From: Squalus acanthias
Taxonomy: Eukaryota
Direction: 5' to 3'
DNA: 64,000 nt
NCBI GenBank assembly: GCA_030390025.1
Contig: CM059431.1
Location: forward strand, 122,886,001-122,950,000
The translations under genes and the position numbers were made by a program. This document shows positions 24,559 to 37,253 of this stretch, one piece after another. The notes beneath the pieces are model-generated. The model saw nothing but the letters and a program-made list of their open reading frames with translations. It was not told where the DNA came from and did not search any database. Each line of letters begins with the position of its first letter. The stretch's first letter is position 1.

Positions 24559-27500
24559 TAAGAACATAAGAACATAAGAAATAGGAGCAGGAGTAGGCCA
24601 TACGGCCCCTCGAGCCTGTTCCGCCATTCAATAAGATCATGGCTAATCATTGACCTCAACTCCACTTTCCTGCTTGATCTCCATATCCCTTGAATCCCCT
24701 AGAGTCCAAAAATCTATCTAGCTCAGCCTTCAATATACTCAATGACTCAGCATCCACAGCCCTCTGGGGCAGAGAATTCAAAAGGTTCACAACCCTCTGA
24801 GTGAAGAAATTCCTCCTCATCTCAGTCTTAAATGGCCTACCCCTTATCCTGGGACTATGCCCCCTAGTTCGAGACACTCCAGCCAGGGGAAACAACCTCT
24901 CAGCATTGACCAGGTCAATCCCCTTCAGAATCTTATAAGTTTCAATGAGATCAGCTCTCATTCTTCTAAACTACAGAGAGTATAGGCCCATTCTACACAA
25001 TCTCTTATCATAGGACAGCCCTCTCATTCCAGCAATCAATCTGGTAAACCTTTGTTCCACTGCCTCCAAGGCAAGTATATCCTTCCTTAGATCAAATCTG
25101 TCCACAGTACTCCAGGTGTGGTCTCACTCAGGCCCTGTACAATTGTAGCAAGACTTCCTCACTCTTATACTCCAACCTGTTTGAAATAAAGGCCAACATG
25201 CCATTTGCCTTCCTTATTGCTTGCTGTACCTGCATGCTAGCTTTCTGTGTTTCTTGCATGAGGACACCCAAATCTCTCTGAACACCAACATTTGAAAGTT
25301 TCTCACCATTTAAAAAATATTCTGTTTTTCTGTTCTTCCTACCAAAGCGAATAACCTTACATTTCCCCACATTATACTCCATCTGCCAACTTATTGCCTA
25401 CTCACTTAGTCTATCTATATCTCTTTGCAGACTCTTTGTGTTCTCCTCACAGCTTACTGTCCCACCTAGCTTTGTATCATCAGCAAACTTAGATACATTA
25501 CACTCGGTCCCTTCATCTAGGTCATTAATATAGATTGTAAATAGCTGAGGCCTGAACACTGATCCTTGCGGCACCCCACTAGTTACAGCCTGCCATCCTG
25601 GAAAAGACCCGTTTATCCCTACACTCATTTTTCTGTCCGTTAACCAATCCTCTATCCATGCCACTATATTACCCCTAACCCCATGGGCCCTTATCTTGTG
25701 TAACAACCTTTTATGTGGCACCTTATCGAATGCCTTTTGGAAATCCAAATATACTACATCCACTGGTTCCCCTTTATTTACCCTGCTAGTTACATCCTTA
25801 AAAAACTCTAATAAATTTGTCAAACACGATTTATCTTTCATAAAACCAAGTTGAGTCTGCCTAATCATGTTGTGATTTTCTAAGTGCCCTGATACCACTT
25901 CCTTAACAATGGATTCCAGCATTTTCTTGACAACTGATGTCAGGCTAACTGGCCTGTAGTTCCCTGTTTTATCTCTCCCTCCTTTCTTGAATAGCTGGTG
26001 TTATATTTTCTACCTTCCAATCTGCTGGGACCATTCTAGAATCTAGGGACTTTTGGAAGATCAAAACCAATGCATCCACTATCTCTGCAGCCACCTCTTT
26101 TAGAACCCTAGGATGTAGGCCATCAGGTCCAGGGGATTTGTTGGCTTTTAGTCCCATTAGTTTCTCTAGTACTTTTTCTCTACTTAATTTAATTACGTTA
26201 ACTTCCTCACCCTCATTAGACCCTTGGTTCCCCATCAATATTGGTATGCTTTTTGTGTCTTCTACTGTGAAGACAGATACAAAATATTTGTTTAACGTTT
26301 CTGCCATTTCGTTATTCCCCATCATAATTTCTCCTGTCTCAACCTCTGTGGGACCAATGTTTACTTTTGCTACTCTCTTCATTTTTACATACTTGTAGAA
26401 GCTCTTACAATCTGTCTTTATATTTCATGCTAGTTTTCTCTCATATTCTATTTTTTCCCTTTTCATCAATTTTTTGGTCATTCTTTGCTGGTTTCTGAAA
26501 CTCTCCCAATCCTCAGGCTTACTACTATTCTTCGCAAAATTATAAGCTTCTTCTTTCAATCTAATGCTGTCCTTAATTTCTTTAGTTAGCCACAGATGGA
26601 TCACTTTTCCCATGAGTTTTTGTTTCTCAATGGAATATATTTTTGTTGAGAATTATGAAATATTTCTTTAAGTGCTAGCCACTGCTTATCTACCGTCATA
26701 TCTTTTAATCTATTTTTCCAATCTACCTTAGCCAACTCGCCCCTCACACCTATGTAATTGGCTTTATTTAAGTTTAAGACTCTAGTTTCAGACTTAGGCA
26801 AGTCACTCTCAAACTTAATATGAAATTCTTTCATATTATGATCACTCTGCCCCAGAGGATCCTTTACTATGAGATTGCTAAGTAACTCTGTCTCATTACA
26901 CAATAAAAGTTCTAAAATAGCCTGTTCTCTGGTTGGTTCCATGACGTGTTGTTCTAGGAAACTGTCCCGAATACATTCCATGAACTCGTCCTCCAGACTA
27001 CCTTTGCCAATTTGATTTGTCCAGTCTATATGAAGATTAAAGTCCCCCACGATTATTGCATTACCTTTGTTACAAGCTCCTACTATTTTTTAATTAATAT
27101 TCTGTCCAATGATATAGCTACTGTTAGGACGTTTATATATTACTCCCACCAATGTTTTCTGCCCCTTGTTATTTCTTATCTCCACCCATACTGATACTAC
27201 TTCCTGATCTTCTGAGCCGAGATCCTTTCTCATTACTGTCCTTATGTCATTCTTTATTATCAGGGCTAACCCCCCCCCCACCCCCCACACACACACACCC
27301 ACTCCTTTTCCATTCTGCCTGTCTTTTCAAAATGTCAAGTACCCTGTAACATTTAATTCCCAACCTTGGTCATCTTGCAACCAAGGGCTCGATTTTGCCA
27401 GGTCTGAGGAGACGGGAATGGAGGCGTGTGGGGTGTTAAAATTGCAAAAAATGGCGGGCGGGCTTGACCCCACCTCCATCCCGCCTCTGAGCAATTTTCC

Positions 27501-29740
27501 CAAATGCGTGGTTTCTGATCCCGTCTCTGTCCCGCCTCCAAGAGGCGGGATAGGCCCTTAAGGCCCTTAACAACCACTTAATTGCCTCTATAATCCCATT
27601 TTGAGAGGCCTTTCTGATTTTAAGACTTTTCCGACGTGATGCACGCCTCCTCTGAAACACGACGGTGAAACCTGGCGGTAGCACATTTGGATTGCTGACT
27701 ATCAGCCGCAGGTCCACCATTAAGAAGGAGATTTGATCAATCATCATTCTGGGGGAACTTTTAGCAGTCATAATCATTGTTGTGGAAGTTTGGAGCCTGG
27801 AGTAGTAGTGGTGGTGGTGGTGGAAAAAAATTCTGGGAGCAGACTTAGGTCTCCTGCTGCTCATTTTGCCTCCAGCTCCCTCTCACAGCAAAGGCCAAAA
27901 GCTTCCCAGTCTTTGCAGACCTTAAATGCAGATGCAATGATGACATCATCAGAGGCGACTTTCAGGCTGAAAAACTAATTGGGTCATGGGTTCCCACATG
28001 CTGGAACTCAATTGCCCAATTAGGGGAAAATCGAATAATTCTCCCACATCCAATTGGAGTCGGGTGGCTAACACGAAAAGCGGATGACACGACCCCAGCC
28101 CGCCCCAATGACAAAATCGAGCCCCATGTCTCTGTAATGGCTATTAGATCAAACCCATTTATCTCTATTTGTGCCACTTGTTCTTCTATCTTGTTACGAA
28201 TGCTTCGTGCATTCAGATAAAGAGCCTTTAATTTACAATTTTTACCATTATTCCCTGCTTTGACCGTATTCTCTGCTGCACTGCTACCGTTAAACTCTCT
28301 GTCCCTTCCTGTCACACTCTGCTTATTTTTACACAAATTGCTACACTGCTCTATTCCCTTGACCTTTCCCTTCAGATTTCTAAATATCCCCTCACCTGAC
28401 CTCTCCCCCCCTTTTTTAGTTTAAAGCCCCATCTACAGCCCTAGTTATTCAATTTGCCAGGTCGTTGGTCCCGACAGAACAGCTCCCTCTTTCCCCAGTA
28501 CTGGTGCCAGTGCCCTATGAATTGAAACTCCTTCTTCCACACCACTCTTTGAGCCATGCATTTAACTCTCTGATCTGCTTGACCCTGTGCCAATTTGCGC
28601 GTGGCTCAGGTAGTAATCCAGAGATTATTAACATTGAGGATCTGCTTATTAATTTGGACCCTAGCTCCTCAAGCTCCCTCAGCAGAACCCCATTCTTAGT
28701 TCTACCTATGTTGTTGGTTCCTACATGGACCATGACAACTGGATCCTCCCCCTCCCACTTCAAGTTCTTCTCCAGCCACGAGGAGATGTCCTTAACCCTG
28801 GCACTGGGCAGGCAACTCAGTCTTCAGGACTCTCTTTCGCGGTTGCAGAGAACAGTATCTATCCCCCTGACTATACTGTCTCCGACCACTACCACATTCC
28901 TTCCTTCGCCCCCCACTTGGATGGCCCCCTGTACCACGGTGCCGTGGTCAGTTTGTCCATCCTCCTAGCAGTCCTTTTCCTCATCCATACATGTAGCAAG
29001 CACCTCGTACCTGTTGGCCAAGATCAAGGGCTGAGGATCCTCCATCACTACATCTTGGGTCCCCATACCTTCCTGACTCACGGTCACACCCTCCTGTCCC
29101 TGACCACTGATGAACTCTAAAGTACCTCTTAACCTAAAGGGTGTGACTGCCTCCTGGAACAAAGTGTCCAGGTAACTCTCCCCCTCCCTGATGCATTGCA
29201 ATGTCTGCAGCACGTACTCCAGCTCAACAACTCTGAGCCGAAGTTCCTCGAGTTGCAGACACTTACTGCAGATGTGGTTGTTCGGGATCGCGATGCTCCC
29301 CACAGACTCCCACATGCTGCAGTTATGACACACCACCTGCCCTGCCATCTCGAACCTTGTTTTATTTATTAATTAATTCGTTAAAACTTTTATTCAATCG
29401 ATATTTTAGTTTTATTGTTTGATTATTTTATCTAGTTTAACTTATTAATTTAATAAGTACTAGCAAGTTACAGTTTCTCAGCTCTTAATTTAACCCCCTT
29501 CCCTAACTTAGAGAGCAAAAAAAAAGCTGTAAAAAGAAGCTGTAATACTCACGAACCAATCACCTACCTGCTCTCCTGTGACGTCACGCTTTGATTTTTT
29601 TTAGTTGTTTGTGAATCGGAGCCTCGCCCCTGCCGCTGCTTTAATTCAGGTCCACTCTCAGGCCGCTCTTTCTCCTCTCGCTGCTGCCACTACTTTAATT
29701 CAGATCTGTTCTCGGGCTGCTCTTTATCCTCTCTCCGCTG
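24559..29740 (-). mobile_element. Near full-length CR1 LINE (5' UTR, ORF1 with Cys motif and SGNH esterase, ORF2 APE-RT), decayed
   Basis: ORF1 CHNC..CSKC plus HVGTN esterase block (28515-29348). ORF2 LNARSIRNK, ITETW, GDFN, SDHN, GVPQGS, FADD. Tail (TTCTTATG)n. Confidence 0.95.
27385..28124 (-). mobile_element. Non-autonomous derivative of the H5 family inserted in the CR1 endonuclease
   Basis: TIRs GGGCTCGATTTTG at both ends, TSD CAA/CAT. Splits ITETW|LQDDQGWEL. Ends homologous to the H5 ends. Confidence 0.9.
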
Positions 29741-30561
29741 CCATGAAGGCACCTCATCATCACCCAAGAGTGTTTATGAACCGGAAAGGCTTCCGCTCCC
29801 TCAATGTGCAGCTTGTCTGCAACCATAAAAAGATAATTATGCATGTGTGCGCCAGATTCCCTGGCAGCTGTCATGACATTTTCATGCCACGCCAGTCCAT
29901 GCTCCCTCAGCTCTTTGCATCTCCAAACATACTTATCGGCTGGCTGCTTGGAGACAAGGGCTATTCACTGAAGACATGGCTCATGACACCCCTCAGGAGG
30001 CCAAATACTGAGGCTCAGGAGCATTATAATGAGAGCCACATGTCCACCAGATGCGTCATAGAGCAAGCAATAGGCATGCTGAAGATGCGCTTCAGATGCC
30101 TTAACAGGTCTGGAGGAGCCCTTCAGTATGTACCAGCTAGGGTTTCCAGGATCATCATCGTCTGCTGCACGCTGCACAACATAGTGCAGCAGCGAGGATC
30201 GGAGCTGCAGGAGGAGCAAGGTGCAGAGCGCACTGTCTCTTCAGAGGAGGAGGAGGAGGAGGATGATGAGCAGGTGGAAGACAAGGAGGAGGTGGGGGAG
30301 GAGGAAGCTGAGATTCAGATGGCTTCAGCAGCGGTGCACATTGTTGCTTGGGAGGCCCGGGATGGCCTCATCACGGCCAGATTTACTTAACTTACCCCCA
30401 CCTCCCCCCACCAACAACACCATAAAGCATGCCAACAATGACCAAGCCATTGCTCTCACCCAAAGGCCCAATGCTCGAGGTTAAATAATGTCTCTCCATT
30501 CACTCCAAGTGACAAAGCCACTTCCAAGGTTTGAGGCAAAAATGGACAAGACCCGAAACTG

Positions 30562-30703
30562 GCGCAATATCCAGCCATGTTCTCTTTGTTGCTTGTGGAG
30601 TTCTTCTTTGCCTGTTAGCAGGGAAGATGACCTCCCTGTGTACTCTGACAGCCTCCACAAGAGTATGCAAGGAAGAATCTGAGAACCGGGGTGCAGCCTT
30701 TGG
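30562..30703 (-). pseudogene. Truncated Myb exon 1 of H4
   Basis: Reverse strand reads PKAAPRFSDSSLHTLVEAVRVHREVIFPANRQRRTPQATKRTWLDIA. Confidence 0.8.
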
Positions 30704-31324
30704 CTATCCCAGTTTCAAAAGTTTTAGCTCTCCTTTGGCTTTTCTTTGACACCTTCCACCCTCCTCTGGAAACCTTCAAGTGAGTTCAGTGCAAGGTTGC
30801 TTCAAATATGGGCGCTGGAAACGAGTCATCGATAACATCATCAGACCCACTCCTTTTAATAGGGCCAGGAAACACGCATGACTGCTTTAAGTAGAGCCAT
30901 TAAGGGAAAGTTGCTCTGAGCAGCGCGCTGCTGAAAACATTGCGTTTTAGACCTGCTATGCCGCCCACACGCACACAATCCGATGCGAAGGTGAAAATTC
31001 CGACCAATATTTCTTAATTTGTTGCGTTCCTGAAACACTTATTCTGATGAACTTTTGATTTTCTTGCAGACAAACTACAGCAATCCTCAAAATACAGTGG
31101 GGATCAACAAATCTAGGTTGGAAATCCTAGTTAATCTGAAATGGTCAATTTCAATGGGCTGGGCTTAACCTAAGCCTTGTTCTGTTTGGGTTTGGATAAA
31201 CACAGAGTACAGCTTAGACATTTTTTGCTTTGCAATTAATCTTCCTGTGGATTTGCTCTTTAGTTCTGACTGAATTCAATGGGTATTGATTAATGTGGCT
31301 TGAGTAGACTAATTGACTACAGCT

Positions 31325-31890
31325 TATAAAAAAGGGAAACTTGCATCTCTCCCGAATGACCCAAGCATACAGTGAATTGCTTTAAAATGCAGTGACTGTT
31401 ATTTTGTAGGCAACTAGTAGCCAAGGTGTACACAGCAAGTTCTCATGTGTCGGTCGAGGAAAGAATATTAGCCAGACTACGAAGAGAGCCCCTTGTTCTT
31501 TTTCAAATGTCATGGGATTTTTTAACATCCATTCAAAAAGCAGCCCCTCTGACAGTACAGTTTAATTCCTTTAGTAACATGTTGCTGACTCAGATAATCA
31601 GCACTTACAGGTTTAAGAGATTCCTCAACCGTCCAGGTTTTTGCTCCCAAAACTGAATTGTGGGCTCTCACTCTGAAGTCCTAAAGCACTATACCACACA
31701 GCAATGTTTAATCATTTATCTTGCACTGAGCTTTTTGTATGAAACAAGCATAGTCCACTTGAATAATTCCTCACATCAAAAGCATCGGATTTTAGCATTG
31801 CACTGGAGTGTCAGCCAAGATAACAGGTTGAAATCAACCACAACCTGCTGGTTCAGAGGGGAGATTGCTACCAGCTAAGCCAAGCTGGCA
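31325..31890 (-). mobile_element. Decayed tRNA-derived SINE (Deu/SacSINE1-like)
   Basis: Reverse strand has a tRNA-like head (GCTTGGCTTAGCTGGTAGC..GGTT), GCTGACACTCCAGTGCA and a TGCAAGT tail. Confidence 0.55.
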
Positions 31891-32394
31891 CTGCTGTTAG
31901 TTAGTCCACTTAGAGTGCACTTACCACCATGAACCTCTGTTGATTGCATGTCTGGCGCAGGAGATTTTGCAGATGTCAACTTGGCAAGGCAGAAGATCTC
32001 CCTCGATGAAATGCAAACAGACATGAATATTACCAATGCTGTGGGAAACGGATTTGAAAGTCTTTTGGAAGGTTTTCTATAGGATTCTTGTGACCTGACT
32101 AGACAACTTGGGCTCGATTTTGCCATTGGTGGCGGGTTGGGTGCGGGTCAGGTGGTCGGCGGGTCCCGATCCCGCCTCCGCTGTCGGGCGGGAAAAAATA
32201 GCGATTTTGTCCTAATTGGGCAATTGACTCCCAGCGTGTGCGAACCTTGGCCCAATTAGTTTTTTGGGCCTGAAACTTGCCTCTGATGACGTCATTTCTC
32301 CAGCTGCATTTAAGGGCTCCAAGCAGCCTTGGTTCATTTTGTGCCTAAACGCTTGTGTTTGCTTCTGTTGAAAATAGTTTTTGGAGCTAGTGCA

Positions 32395-34359
32395 ATGTCG
32401 ACTTTAAGGCCCAAGGCCTCACCACGCTTTAATGATGACTCACTCCATGCTGTGGTGGACAGAGCCAGAGCACAAAAGGAGGTGGTCTTTCCATCCTCTG
32501 GGATGAAAAAACCTCCTCAGCAGACCAAAGCTGTGTGGCTGCAAGTTGCCCAGGAGATCAGTTCCAGATCGATGTGTAGCAGAACCTGGCTGCAGTGCCG
32601 AAAGAGGTACAATGACCTTGTCCAAACAGGCAAAGTGAGTATACCATCACCTTTACCCTCATTCTGCTCCCCTTCTCCTCTCAGCACCATCACTCTGCAT
32701 TGTCAACCTACTCCTACACATCCCACTTTACCCTTACATCCCTTGCACCCTTAACCATTCCCTCTCTCTCTTTGTGCACAATCACTTAACTATTCGACTA
32801 TGCTGCCCTCACACTCCCTATCACTGTTATTCTATGACAACAACTAACAACACACAGGGAGAGCCCTTAGTATTGGGACCTCACTCCATCTTTGTGTCCT
32901 TCTAAGTATCTATGCTATGGGTTATCTACACTCACTCCATCATTCTCACTCAAACTCCACTCATGTCCCTCATTGCAGGAAAAGAGAGCCCACAATAAGA
33001 GGGAAAGGGCGAAGACCGGAGGCGGGCCAGCCTCAATAGCCCATCTTAGCAGCGCAGAGGAGGCGGCCCTAGAGATCATTGGCACCGAGGAGGATGTGGA
33101 AGTGGGGGACGGACAGACAGGCACATCAGAGCAAGCTGGTGACAGAATAGTTTTGCATCTCTCTCATTGACATTGCATGAGTGACTTTTATGGCTTCTGA
33201 TGGTCAAACAGATTGACTTATGATCATCTGCAATATTCCATGTGCATGCTACATTTATATCACATGTCTAACTCATGCCTTTATTCCCCACAGGACCATC
33301 GACAGCCCCCCTCCCCACGGTCCAGGAGGAAGAGGCTGAGCCGGACGACTCCGCAGAGGAACCTGCAACCTCTGAAGCCGCAGCGTCACCAGGACTCAGC
33401 ACACCCAGCACCAGTGTAGATACGCACACCTGGGTGGGACCTTTGGGTCATTGAGTAATGTTGTCACCTGGTGTATCACAGCTCACAAGTGAGCATCAGC
33501 AGATGGTGGAGACAGGGACAGCAGTGGAGAGTCCTCGCCGGAGGGCACAGGACGCTCTCAGCTCTGCTCAGCTGCATGTGGACCCTGTGCCTCCGGGTCC
33601 ATCCAGAAGGAGAGCGGTGCTGGAGCTCCACGAACAGGTGCAGGAGTCTCTGGCAGGTTTTGTCTCCAGGGACACTGCAAGTGTGGAGCGGATGGAGGAG
33701 TCCAACGCTAACATGAGCAGAGCCTTTGTGGAGGCATTGGCGAATGAACACATCACCGCAGAAAGGATGGCAACCTCCGTGGAAGGGATGGCTATGGTAG
33801 AGAAGAGGATGGCTATGGCCATGGAGGAGCTAAGTCGCCAGAGTGTGGAAGACATGGTGAATGTTCAGAATAGACTGACATCTCTGGAGGAGCGATGGAC
33901 AGCTATTGATCAGAGAAACCAGACCTTCATGGAAGTCCTCTGGAGTAGGACTGCCAGTGTAGAAACGTGTCCTCATGCCCCCCTGATGTGCAGCAGGGTG
34001 CTGTCAAGCCACTTGCTAGCTCTGAAGTAGGTCTGACCCATGAGAGGGATGTTGGTGGCAGAGAACAAGGAACTGGGGGCTTCTCTCCAAGTGCTCACAC
34101 TCCCATGCCACTGCGAAGCCCTCTGGCAGAGCCCCACCAGAGTCCTCACCCAACTGAGATGGGCGTCTCAGCCCCTGCACAGCCACAGGAGGAGCAGACT
34201 TTTGGCAAGACCGCACAGGCTCGCAACCCCAGAGGACGCTCGTCAAAGGTGTTGAAGCAGGAGTAGCATGAAAGTGAGCAAGTGGCCTCTACATCTGCTG
34301 AAGCCACAGGGGAAGCACCACGTAGGAGCACACGTAAGAGGAAGATAAAGCACAAGTAG
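32395..34359 (+). pseudogene. Myb/SANT-like gene of H5 (exons 32395-32634, 32979-33138, 33294-~34359) with stops and a frameshift
   Basis: PRFNDDSL..W..VAQE..RTWLQCRKRYNDL. Phase 0 and 1 introns. TGA at 33452, frameshift near 33970, basic tail RRSTRKRKIK. Confidence 0.85.
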
Positions 34360-34616
34360 TCACAAGGGTAGTCACTTGGGAGTTCTGTTCTGTTTAATTC
34401 TTAAATGCTAGCCTTTAGTCAATGTATTAAAATTAAGTGATGGCAAACTATTGAAGTTCTGGACTCTGTCGTTTCGGAAATGGAAGTCCCAATTTGAGGG
34501 CTCAAGACGAATTGTATTTGTCATGATGGTGGTCAGAGTGATAGGAAGCCATAGGTTCTTGTCATTGTCTATGGTGTGGTAAGAAGGTGCCAGGCACATG
34601 TGTTTGAATGGGCAAC

Positions 34617-35867
34617 TTAAGCAAATATGGCCAAGATGAGTGCTTCCCTTGCATCCTGGGCAGCAATGTGCTCACGTGCTGCTGCAATAGGTTGATGCGC
34701 ATCTGCAAGGTCTTCGTTCTCGTTCTCCTCCTCCTCCTCCTCCTCCTCCTCCTCATCTGAAGAGGCTATGCACTGAGTCACTTGTTCCTCAGGCAGCTGC
34801 AAGCCACGATGCTGTGCGATGTTGTGCAGTGCACAGCAGACCACGATGATTCTGGAGACCCTGGCTGCTGAGTACTGCAGGGCTCCACCTGATCTGTCAA
34901 GGCATCTGAATCGCATCTTCAGCAAGTTGATGGTTTGCTCCATGATGGATCTGGTCGAAATGTGGCTGGAGTTGTAGCGCTCCTCAGCTTTGTTGGATAG
35001 CCTCCTGAATGGTGTCATTAGCCACGTCTTCAGGTGATAGCCCTTGACTCCAAGTAGCCATCCGCAAAGTTGGTTTGGTAGACTTAAGAGCGGAGGCACA
35101 CTAGACTGGTGCAGGATGAACGTGTCATGGCAACTGCCAGGGTACTTGGCGCAAACATGCAAAATGTCCTTCTTGTTGTTACACACCAGCTGCACGTTGG
35201 GGGAGTGGAAGCCCTTGTGGTTGACAAAAAGAGCTGGGTTGTGATGGGGTGCCTTAAGGTCCACATGTGTGCAGTCTACGACGCCCTGCACCCTTGACAA
35301 GCCTGCCATATTTGCAAAGCATACCACACGTGTGGTTATACTTGCTTGATCTGTGGAGAAGTGGCTATAATTGTGCGCCTTTGCAAAGAGGGGGTCAGTA
35401 GCCTGCGTGATGCAAGTGTGTGCGGCCGACTGGGAGATGCCGCTGATGTCTGCTGATGATCCCTGGAAGGAGCCTGAAGCAAAAAGGTTGAGTGCGGTGG
35501 TGACTTTGACAGCCACTGGTAAGGGGTGTCCCCCCGCTCCTCTGGGCTCGTGGTGTTGATGCAGCATTGCGCAGATGTCACCGACTACCTCTTGCAAAAG
35601 TCTCAGCCTCCTTTGGCACTGCTGCTCCGTCATGTTGAGGAAGCTCATCCTCATCCTGTAAACCCTGTTTTGGGGGTATCTCCTGCGGCGACGTGCTTCC
35701 CTGCGCTGGCGCCTTTTGTCCTGTGCACCATCAGGTGGGTGAGTAGCAGGTTGGCATTCCTGTTGTTGCTGCTGTTGGTGCTGCTGTTGTGCCTGGTTCT
35801 GCTGCTGCCGCAGCTGCTTGTCCTCCAAATCTGAGGACCAGGATGAAAGGAAATAAATGGTTCCCAT
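34617..35867 (-). CDS. Harbinger transposase (HARBI1-like), uninterrupted 416-aa ORF with GDKGY changed to GVKGY
   Basis: Poly-Q and basic N-terminus, [31 protein letters not shown], acidic tail. Confidence 0.85.
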   Translation of the reverse strand: MGTIYFLSSWSSDLEDKQLRQQQNQAQQQHQQQQQQECQPATHPPDGAQDKRRQRREARRRRRYPQNRVYRMRMSFLNMTEQQCQRRLRLLQEVVGDICAMLHQHHEPRGAGGHPLPVAVKVTTALNLFASGSFQGSSADISGISQSAAHTCITQATDPLFAKAHNYSHFSTDQASITTRVVCFANMAGLSRVQGVVDCTHVDLKAPHHNPALFVNHKGFHSPNVQLVCNNKKDILHVCAKYPGSCHDTFILHQSSVPPLLSLPNQLCGWLLGVKGYHLKTWLMTPFRRLSNKAEERYNSSHISTRSIMEQTINLLKMRFRCLDRSGGALQYSAARVSRIIVVCCALHNIAQHRGLQLPEEQVTQCIASSDEEEEEEEEEENENEDLADAHQPIAAAREHIAAQDAREALILAIFA

Positions 35868-36379
35868 GCTGCTGGTAGATATCTCCGTTGAGGAAGCGCT
35901 CAGCCAATGTGGGGTGAGGGTTTTCCCAGGAGGTCACAGTGGAGATGGATCTCAGCTTCACCACTTCCAAGATCAGTGGACTTGCAAAAAGTTCTCCAAG
36001 ACCTGAAAAAACGAAGTTCTGCCACCTGCAACTGATCCTCATTGAGAGCTCCGTTTTTATGGTGGAGCTGCAGCTGTTAGGAAGCCAGCCACTTGTCAAC
36101 CCGACAGGATTAGCTGGGATGTTTCAGGAGAGACCTGCAGCACGCTGGAAATGTGGCAAAATAGGATTATAGAGGTACCTAAGTGGTAGTTAAGTGCCTT
36201 AAGTCCCTATCCCGCCGCCTGGAGGCACAACTGAAACGGACTCTGCAAGCCCGCCTCTGGCAAAGTTGCGTGGAGACGTGTTGACTGCGGGATCGGAACC
36301 CACCGTCACTTTTTCAAATTTTCCCACTAGTCCCGCCTCCAAACCCGCCTCCTCAGGGCTGGTAAAACCCAGCCCCTTG

Positions 36380-36530
36380 AGTTTTTGTGCTCTTATAATT
36401 GGGTTTGAGAGAATTGGTTGGTAACCGACTTGTGTACATCGAGCTGACCAGTTGATCTTAAAAATCATCCAGAGGCACCAGCATTGAAATTTATCCAACC
36501 TATCTCGGCCTGCTTTTATGGTATTCAAGA
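36380..36530 (-). mobile_element. Possible ancient RTE-like LINE relic
   Basis: RLDKFQCWCLWMIFKINW resembles the LD.F...CLR.I..I.W motif of RTE C-termini. No other support. Confidence 0.3.
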
Positions 36531-36613
36531 ATCACCTGCATGAACTTAAAAATATGTCATCAGAGTTTGTAAAGGAGAAGCTCAGTTTGAGATCATAGGT
36601 TGTTGCTGATGTT

Positions 36614-37253
36614 GGGACTGAAATTCTTCGGGAGCTCCAGCAGTTTTCCACCATAACACTGGCAGCAGAATGGCAAAAAACTTTGGAAAATGATGGAGAT
36701 CCAGTTATGTTGGAAGTCTGCCATTTCCAGGAGGATCCTCCTTGTAAGGGGTGGAACCTCTGTCTGTGCCTTGCAGGTTAACTGCAAATAAGGGGATGGA
36801 GCCAGGGTTGTAGATTCCCTGTATCAGGAGTTACCCCTCCTTTGGCCATGTCATGACCTGAAGTATTAGGAAGGTGAGGGGGAACCAGCCTCATGTGGGC
36901 CCGAATGGTGGGGTGCACGCCAGGAAAGCAACCTGGACCCCCCAAAGAAAGACTCCGATTTAAAAAAAAAAATCAGCCACCTAACACAGGGGGTCAAAGA
37001 GCATATGGCTGAGGCTGGGCATGGGGGGCATGGGCACTCACTCCTCTCCCACAAGAATGGTCAGGCACCAGAGTCAAGCAGACGTCAAGAGTACACCTGT
37101 AGTATTGCTGGTGGCTACCAGATTCATGCTAATGAGCTGCCCTCCCACTTGCAATACTGCAGGTGTCAACTCTAGTGGGGTCCACGCTTGAGGGCACCAC
37201 CGTCATGCTCCTTGCATAACCGCCAGGAATGTGAGCCATGGATTTTCAGCCCC
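36614..37253. mobile_element. Old Harbinger-type MITE
   Basis: TIRs GGGACTGAAATTC and GGGGCTGAAAATC, flanks GTT/ATT. Confidence 0.5.

Larger units (their letters stand above)
23970..30390 (+). pseudogene. Harbinger transposase split by CR1 (pieces ~23970-24558 and ~29740-30390)
   Basis: [28 protein letters not shown], then [38 protein letters not shown]. Confidence 0.9.
23455..31005 (+). mobile_element. Harbinger H4 with CR1 insertion and deleted Myb gene
   Basis: TIRs GGCCGGAATTTTCC and GGTCGGAATTTTCA, TSD AAT/AAT. Transposase on +, Myb fragment on -. Confidence 0.85.
32110..36375 (+). mobile_element. Full-length Harbinger H5 (4266 bp)
   Basis: TIRs GGGCTCGATTTTGCC and GGGCTGGGTTTTACC (12/15), TSD CTT/CTT, convergent Myb and transposase genes. 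Confidence 0.9.

Noticed and set aside
34617..35867. Host HARBI1 gene
   Set aside because: It lies between TIRs with a TSD and a Myb partner, and multiple paralogues are nearby, so it is a transposon copy.
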